Translations under genes and position numbers: made by a program
In this document: one piece after another, positions 55,829-64,000 of the stretch
Numbering within the stretch: the stretch's first letter is position 1
Layout of the letters: every line of letters begins with the position of its first letter
From: Octopus sinensis
Taxonomy: Eukaryota
DNA length: 64,000 bases
Direction: 5' to 3'
Assembly: GCF_006345805.1 (NCBI RefSeq)
Contig: NC_043001.1
Span: forward strand, 87,668,001 to 87,732,000
The notes under the pieces: generated by a model
What the model saw: only the letters and a program-made list of their open reading frames with translations
Told to the model about the DNA's origin: nothing
Databases searched by the model: none

Positions 55829-55917
55829 GTTCATTAGATTAATGAAGCTTGTCAGCTGTGTAAATAGTTTAGACAGTCATCAACCATAGCACTGACCAAT
55901 GAAAACAATGGAAATGG
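55829..55917 (+). CDS. Candidate internal exon (LMKLVSCVNSFRQSSTIALTNENNGN), possibly followed by a 17-nt micro-exon at ~56572-56591 (VGRHVK)
   Basis: Acceptor cctgtttctgttcattag, open frame, donor G|GTAAGA; micro-exon tttatag|TTGGCAGACATGTAAAG|gtaaga is phase-compatible. Boundaries approximate; no homology recognised. Confidence 0.25.
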
Positions 55918-57034
55918 TAAGAAATAAAGCAAATATCAACAAAAATAGCTAGCTCTGGTGATCTGATGTTTTCCAAACTTGTACATCACTAAAGATAATG
56001 GGACAAGGCTGGCTCTTCACTGTGACAATGAATACAATTGCAAGACCAGACTAGTTGGGGGTTGTTGTTTCTGATGTGATGTGATGATAATAATGAGGCA
56101 ATTATTTTAAAGAGTGTTTTAGTTATCATATAGCTTTCCAAACATAATCTACACCATCTTGAGGGTCTCTGTTACAATGTAGATAGACAATCAAAATTAG
56201 AAATCAAAAGTGAGAGAGTAACACAAATCAAGGTGAAAGAGCAAATGTTAAAACGCCATTGTTGTCATCATCATTATCCTCATCATTTTAATGTCCATTT
56301 TTTCTCCCATTTTGTATGGGTCTGTTGGAATTTGTTGAGGCAGTTTTTCTACAGTCAGACACTCATCCTGTTGCCAACCCTCAGCTGTTTGCCAACAAGG
56401 TAATAATCACCTAGTCCACTGAACAACACACAGCCTGGACATAGTTACAAGTGTTTTTGTTTACAAAGACTGCACATGTCAAGACATGTCAAGAAGCCTA
56501 AACATGCTGTCACTGTTGACTGCAAGTATATAACACTATATGTATCGTTAACATTGTTGCTGTGTTGTTTATAGTTGGCAGACATGTAAAGGTAAGAAGA
56601 AAATATGAAACCACACACACACACACCACACACACATTAGAACATTAGCTGAAAATATTCATGCAGTGGGACCAAACCCCTGACCATGTAGTTCCAAAGG
56701 GAATGTCTTAACCACACGGTCATGGCTACACCTACAGGATAAACAAATTAGAATTAAAGGTGATAGAGTTGCACAAAAGGTTAAAATAATCAACTAGATA
56801 CCTGTGCCGGTGGCACGTGAAAAGCACCATCCGAACGCGGTTGATGCCAGCGCCGCCTTAACTGGCTTCTGTGCCGGTGGCACATAAAAAGCACCAACCT
56901 GATGTCAAATTGCTTTAAACACAAGTCGAGCAGGAACCATGAGTCATTTGTTTGTCTATCTTCTATGAAATCATCTCTAGCCTCTACACTGATTCTGGCA
57001 CCCTTTTGCTTTTATTACCCTTATTTATGTGGGA

Positions 57035-57353
57035 GTGGAGGCACAATGGCCCAGTGGTTAGGGCAGCGGACTCATGGTTGGAGGATCGCAGTTTCGATTC
57101 CCAGACCAGGCATTGTGTGTGTTTATTGAGCGAAAACACCTAAAGCTCCATAAGGCTCCAGCAGGGGGTAGTGGCAACTCCTGTTGTACTCTTTCACCAC
57201 AACTTTCTCTCACTCTTTCTTCCTGTTTCTTGAGTAACGCTGCGATGGACTGGCGTCTCATCCAGCTGGGGGGAACACATACGCCATAGAAACCGGGAAA
57301 CCGGGCCCATGAGCCTGGCTAGGCTTGAAAAGGGCGCATAAATAAATACAAAA
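57035..57353 (+). mobile_element. Full-length family C SINE
   Basis: A/B boxes; 12-bp TSD atttatgtggga / atttatgtagga. Confidence 0.92.
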
Positions 57354-58475
57354 ATTTATGTAGGAACATAATAGAACATTCTGTAATATGGAGTGACATT
57401 TCTGGAAGTTGATTAGTTAATATTCAGGACACATTACCTGATCTAAGTATGGTCTGATCCTAGTTACTAAAAACTGTAAAATTTAATTCTAAGACTTAAT
57501 TCTAAATTTAATTCCCAGACTCCAGTCGAACCGTCCAACTCGTGCTAGCACGGAAAACGGACGTTAAACGATGATAATGATGATGGTGATGCCATACTTG
57601 AAGTTAAGGCACAAGCATGGCTGTGTGGTAAAACATTTGCTTTCGAACCACATGCTTCCAGGTTCAGTCCCACTATGTGGAACTTCTGCTATAGCTTCAT
57701 AAGTTCACACTCTATAATAGATGAGTAGATAAAGTGTTTAAGTGGCACCTCTTTGCTCTAGGAGATGAGTGACATTCATCAAATATGTTTTCCATGCTTT
57801 ATTTAAAGCATTAGGTTTAACATGGAAACAATCACACAGCAAACTATAGAAGTGCACAAATTTATTTCCTGGTTGAAATGATTTTTATTTCAGTTACATA
57901 GCAGATGTCATTCAGAAGGCCACAAACACTTCTGCTTTCTCTTCTACATTTCTAAAATTATAGTTTTTATCTACAAATCTGTCAACAGTTAATAATTTAG
58001 ACAAGAATGAGTTCCATAAAAGCTAACTCGCTGTTTGCCTCATCACCCTATCTGGTTGAAGGTTTTCTCTGATAAACCAAGTAGCCAAATGGATATATTA
58101 CCATTTATCTTTTATTTTTTACTTGTTTCAATTATTAGACTATGGCCATGCTGGGATTCTGCTTTAGAGAAATTTTGTTAAGTGAATCAACCCCAGTACT
58201 TATTTACTTATATTTGAGTACAATATCTTACCAGTCTGTTGTTTTAACCATCTCTTGACTGTTATTTTTACTTATCTTTGTCTTCATCATCATTGTTGTT
58301 CTCCTAACCACTACCATAATGGTAATTGTTGTTGCCATTGTTATTGTGGTGGTGGTGATGTTTGGGAGGGTCATAGTGGTGGTGTTATGTTGATTGAAGT
58401 TCTCTTGTTAGCTTAAAAATTGTTCAGTCATCAATTGTCCTTTTTGTCAAATAATCCCATTCTGCTAGAATTCAC

Positions 58476-58537
58476 CTGTTGCAATGTCGTAACTCTATGA
58501 AATCAAGCTCTTGAACAGTTTGATCTTCATCACTCAT
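58476..58537 (-). CDS. Candidate first coding exon (MSDEDQTVQELDFIELRHCN, phase 2); exon 58476-58562
   Basis: Acceptor tatcttag, in-frame upstream TAG, AAAATGA start, donor CAG|GTGAAT. No downstream partner exon confirmed. Confidence 0.35.
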
Positions 58538-58779
58538 TTTCTTTTTGTATAGTATCTAACACCTAAGATATATGTCACACATCTTGTTATCCCCTTCCAC
58601 AGTGCCATGCGTTTACCTCAGTAGTGATGAACAAAATTACTCAGCAACAACCATATCAAATATATTTGTCATCATAGAATAAATATACAACCCAAGACAT
58701 TTTTAAGGAACAATGTATTGATATTCAGATACAGTTCCCTGATATTAAAAAGATGAGAGATAAACACCCTACTGGGGTG

Positions 58780-59080
58780 GATGCAACATTTGTCTATTAC
58801 AAGTAACTGCTAAGTTATGGGGATGTAAACACACCAGCATCGGTTGTCAAGTGATAGTGGGGGCGGGGACAAACAGACACACAAATACATACATACAATA
58901 ATACATACATACATACATACAAACATACAATGGCCTTCTTTCAGTTTCTGTCTACCAAATACACTCACAAGGCTTTGGTTGGTCTAAGGCTATGGTAGAA
59001 GACACTTGCTTAAGGTGCCATGCAATGTGATTTAACCCGGAACCATGTGGTTGGGAAGCAAACTTCTTACCACAGAGTCA
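58780..59080 (-). mobile_element. Family E SINE
   Basis: Reverse complement of the 19608 body. Confidence 0.85.
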
Positions 59081-59132
59081 CTCATATATATGTAAATGTG
59101 TGTGTATATATATATATATACATACACACACA

Positions 59133-59169
<37 letters not shown>

Positions 59170-60108
59170 GTGTGTACATAAGGGTTCTACACTACAGGAA
59201 AGCCACTAAGTGGTTTTCCATCACGCTAGAAATGGGGGTTAAATCCCAAACCACGAAAAAGCTATTCTTATACACATATATAATATAATAATATTTGCAG
59301 TCTATGGACATTTTCACTCATGCTGGCCACTGGTAAAAAATTTATATTTAATTTTTCCCATATATTTCAAATTTTTATACATACATACATAATTACATAC
59401 ATACATTTATGCATACACATATATACATATGTATATATACTGTTTTCTCTCTCATCCTTTCTCTAATTTGCTTTTTTCCTCCCCTTCACCATTTTCTATT
59501 TGTCTGTTTGTCTGTCTGTCTCCCTCTTTCTCCGTTTCTCTCTCTCATTGCTCACATGTGACCATCGTCCATCTTTCTCTTCCTCACATGATCTTTTTTT
59601 CCTTTCATGGCTGTCATAAGGACAGCACATATCTTATCTCTTAGCTTTTCTCTTCTCAAAGAAAATATTTCTCCAGCATTCTCTATTTTTACCCTCATTC
59701 TAGTCTAACGACCCTCCATGCTTGTTTTCATTCGATTTCCTTGTATGTCTCCACTGTCCTGTTTTGTTCCCAACTTTGACCCTCCATAAGTCCCAGATTT
59801 TATTTTGGCATGTATAGGAGCAACTGTCTTTGAAGACTCATATTGTCATTCAATGCTCGAAATGAGGAGTAGATAAATAGCCGACAACTGATGAAGCATC
59901 AGTCTTTATGTTACTTGTCCTGTTTTCCATTTGTTTCTCTTGTTGTTTGCATATTGAAACCATTTGCTTTCGTATTTTATGTTGTTTCCTGTTAAGTGAT
60001 GTTCTGTACTCATTTATGCACGTGTATGTGTGTGTATGTATATACAAATATATATATATATATATATATAGATAAGAAAGTTTGTTTGGTAAAGCACGTG
60101 GGTGAATA

Positions 60109-60471
60109 TATAAGAAAATAGTAAAGTGTGAAAAAACGACAGAAGGCTTAAATGTTAAAAAATATATATATTTGTGTCAAAATGTCTGGAGAATATTGGA
60201 AAAATTTTTTTCCCCCCTTTCCTAAAATGACATAATTAAAAAATTTTTTAAAGAAATTACCGGTTTCGCGTGTAGCTTTTCAAATTTCTTGTGACAAGAA
60301 ATTTGAAAAGCTACACGCGAAACCGGTAATTCTTTAAAAATTTTAAAATTATGTCATTTTAAGGAAAGGGGGAAAAAAAATTTTTCCAATATTCTCCAGA
60401 CATTTTGACACAATATATATATTTTTTAACATTTAAGCCTTCTGTCGTTTTTTCACACTTTACTATTTTCT

Positions 60472-60475
<4 letters not shown>
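60109..60475. repeat. 367-bp near-perfect palindrome with a 1-nt spacer at 60293
   Basis: Centre caaatttcttgt-g-acaagaaatttg; arms differ almost only in homopolymer lengths. Confidence 0.97.
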
Positions 60476-60549
<74 letters not shown>

Positions 60550-60661
60550 CATATATACATGTATATATATATATTATTTATATATATACGTCTGTCTGTA
60601 TATATATATATATTATATATATATATATATACACACACACATACATATACATATATATCTA

Positions 60662-60990
60662 TCTATTTAAAACTGAGAGTGTGTGTGTGTATGTTTCCAT
60701 CACTAAAACTCAAGAACTACTAAACCGATTTCATTTAACGTTTGCATATGCCTTACTTAGGGTCTATGCAGTGTTATGGGCTAAAAGAATTTTCAACTTC
60801 TTGCCGAATGCAAGCCTGCAGCAATCTCCTATCTCTAACACTATTTCCGTATTACGTGTCAAAAGTGAAACAATGACATTTCTATTGAAATATGATATAA
60901 TACTTTCACTATTATATGGTTTCAATTTCAATTACTATTATTATGTATCTATAGATATTAGTTTCATTTCCGTTACTTTCACTGTGTATT
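60662..60990 (+). mobile_element. 5' part of a non-autonomous Helitron-type element
   Basis: A|TC start, tctatttaaaactgagagtgtgtgtg, analogous to the 63101 element; 3' end lost in (TA)n. Confidence 0.55.
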
Positions 60991-61013
60991 TATATACATT
61001 TCTATATGTATGT

Positions 61014-61064
<51 letters not shown>

Positions 61065-61849
61065 AACATAATAAATAAATAAAATATATGCATATATACA
61101 TACATATATGTACATACTTACATCTAAATGTATATATACGTGCATATATATATATATATGAGTACAGGACACCACAAATAAACATAGAACACAATGAGAA
61201 ACGAAACATAAAAATCAAACAAGGAAACGGACTTTTTTTAACAACGAAAAACAAGGAAACGGACTTTTTTTAAAACAAAGAAAAAACAGAGTACAGGACA
61301 AACAATACAAGGAAAATTCCCCTTCATCAGCAGCCCCTGGTTCGACTGAATGTGTGTTTCGAAGGTAAGGGCAGAACACGGCCAGGCCGAAACAGTCCTT
61401 CCTGCAAAAGGAATTAAGTAAAATTCTTTTGCAGAGGGGTAAAACAAGTGACAAGAACAGGACGTAAAAGCAATACAAATGAAGAAAAAACAGAAAAAAC
61501 AGTACAAATAAAGAAACAGGACAGGGAACCAACAATAAGGGCTTTTTTTTGCCTAGACGGTGGAAAAATTAGTTAGAACGCATGTGAAACATCGGCTTGC
61601 GACAGACAGGGAAGTTGATCTATACTTGTTGAAGCACGAAGCTGAAAGAAAGTTTTAGTAGCATATATATATATATTATATATATATATATTATATATAT
61701 ATATATATTTTTGTATATATATGTATGTATATATGTGTATATATATATATGTGTATATATATGTATATATATTTGTATATATATATATCTATATGTATAT
61801 ATATGTATATTTATGTTTGGGTATATATATATATATATGCATGTATATG

Positions 61850-61990
61850 CATGTGGCTGTGTGCTAACAAATGTGCTTACCGAGCACATGGTTCCGGGTT
61901 CAGTCACTGGGCAAGTGTCTCCTACTATAGCCTTGGGCTGACCAAAGCCTTCAGTGGATTTGGTTGATGGAAACTGAACAAAGTATGTCC

Positions 61991-62023
<33 letters not shown>

Positions 62024-62250
62024 TATGTGTGTGTATTTGTGTCTGTGTTTGTTGCCCACCACCATCGCTTAGAAACCGATGCTGGTGTGTTTATGTCCCT
62101 GCAATGTAGCGGTTCAGCAGAAGATATTGACAGAATAAGCACCAGGCTTACAAAGAATAAGTCCAGGGGCTGATTTCTTCAATGAAAAGGTGGTACTCCA
62201 GCATGGCCACACTCAAATGACACAAACAAGTAACAGAGTAAAAGAGTAAT
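61850..62250 (+). mobile_element. Family E SINE
   Basis: Collinear with 19608-19998. Confidence 0.85.
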
Positions 62251-62539
62251 ATATATATAAATATATGAACATACATACATATATATATATATAATATATA
62301 TATACAAGATAAGAAAATGGAGAAATACATCTAAATCAAATATCAATTACACGATAATACTCAATCACATACTTTATTAAACCACCACATAAGAGACTGT
62401 AGGGTTACAAATAAAAAGCAGAACAAATCAGTGTACATACAGTAGTGTACATAAAAAAGTGTACATAAAAGAGTAATGATGTATAATAAGTAGAATATAT
62501 ATAAAAGAGAATATAAATATAAGTAAATATAAGTATAGA

Positions 62540-62678
62540 TTACATCTTACAGCTGTTTCGGCCATGTAGATAAGTATGTCTCATTTTACCAATATTAGCC
62601 TTTTATAGTAGGTCAATATATAGATATAAATGAGATATTTACAAAAATATCATAAGGCCTCTTCGGAGATTATGTAAT
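62540..62678 (-). ncRNA. Type-I hammerhead-ribozyme-like motif with one core substitution (CCGAAGA)
   Basis: Stem I ATTAC..ATCT/AGATGTAAT; stem II GGCC/GGCC closing a ~90-nt loop; GAAAC-AGCT-GTA. Confidence 0.6.
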
Positions 62679-62889
62679 ATAAATCAGTCTACATATATAT
62701 CCACATGGGTGTGGGTACATACCCATAATACAACATATACATATACATATGAGTGCATATACTCACACTCCTATACATATAAAAATATACATATACATAA
62801 TGATATAAATAAATAATATAAATTAGTAAACATATATATGTTCCATCCCATGGAGGGTTGCATTTACAACCCCTATCTCAATTTGTAAC

Positions 62890-63004
<115 letters not shown>

Positions 63005-63100
63005 CAAAGGGGTTTGTATGATTGTGTATAGAAGAATATATTACTCAAAGAAATTCCAACTCTGTTTTTCAAGTTTTATTTATATCTTATGATATTAATA

Positions 63101-63479
63101 TCTTTATATATAAAAGAGAGGTTGTGTGTCTGTCACCTACGATTTAGATTCCTAACTACTCCCACATTTTGCAGTGCAGTTTAACCAAAACCGGGTATCT
63201 TATAGTCGTGATTCATATCGAGCCCTTCTGGGTATTAGCGCGTGTCTACGATGAGTCTACGATTTAAAAAAAAATTTACCATCAGTTTTTTTCATTTTAA
63301 TGCATTTTTTTCGCTATTATATAAGGGATGTAACTCTCTAAAAATGTCTACGATGAGTCAACGATTTAAAAAAAAATTTTTTATTTAATTTTTTTGCTAT
63401 TTTTTGGCTATAACTCTCTAAAAATGCTTATATAGTTATTTCCCTTACAAACCCAAGCAACGCTGGGCGATACTGCTAG
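63101..63479 (+). mobile_element. Complete non-autonomous Helitron
   Basis: A|TC 5' end, CTAG|T 3' end, subterminal hairpin cccaagcaacgctggg at 63452-63467, no TSD. Confidence 0.9.
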
Positions 63480-63533
63480 TAAGATATAAAATAATATAGC
63501 AAAAATGTATATATATATATGTGTGTGTGTGTG

Positions 63534-63564
<31 letters not shown>

Positions 63565-63646
63565 ATATATATGGATATATATACATGTGTATATATATAT
63601 GTATATACACATGTATATATATATATATATATATATATACTCATAT

Positions 63647-63689
<43 letters not shown>

Positions 63690-63921
63690 TCATACATATA
63701 TATATATATGATATATACCTATATATACCTATATGTATATATATTATAGCCTCAAACCGACCAAAGCCTTGTAAGTGGATTTCGTAGATGGAAACTGAAA
63801 GAAGACTGTCGTATATATGTGTATATTTGTGTATGTGTGTTTATCTATATTTGTACTGCCACCAGAGTTTGACAATCTATGTTGTGTGTGTGTATATATA
63901 TATGGATATATATATATATAC

Positions 63922-63983
<62 letters not shown>

Positions 63984-64000
63984 GTGTGTATATATATATA

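Noticed and set aside
61320-61400. GAAAC...CTGATGA on minus (and a similar order at 59855-59900 on plus), resembling a type-II hammerhead
   Set aside because: Stems I-III could not be closed convincingly and the 10.1:11.1 pair is mismatched.

Overview
AT-rich, microsatellite-saturated eukaryotic genomic DNA. The SINE and repeat complement points to an octopod cephalopod (Octopus-like); this is inferred from repeat content and was not searched. No intact long protein-coding ORF is present, and most ORF-track entries are microsatellite read-throughs. The best host-gene evidence is a minus-strand first coding exon at 265-401 (MSKAGKYGSTVREYRDDPDYGDTRNTDPEN) and a repeat-poor, CpG-retaining promoter-like island at ~4.9-7.3 kb. 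The remainder is transposon-derived. It includes three full-length decayed mariners from three subfamilies plus several remnants, RTE/BovB-like LINEs, R4/Dong-like restriction-endonuclease LINE 3' ends, a Penelope-like element with a 5' inversion, Helitron helicase remnants, non-autonomous Helitrons, and more than 20 tRNA-derived SINEs, many with target-site duplications (TSDs). Structures worth follow-up are several hammerhead-ribozyme-like cores (one next to two strong hairpins at 38.74-38.93 kb), a 367-bp near-perfect palindrome with a 1-nt spacer at 60.1-60.5 kb, and three tandem duplications. Nothing here is established as a new biological system; the ribozyme/hairpin cluster is the strongest candidate.
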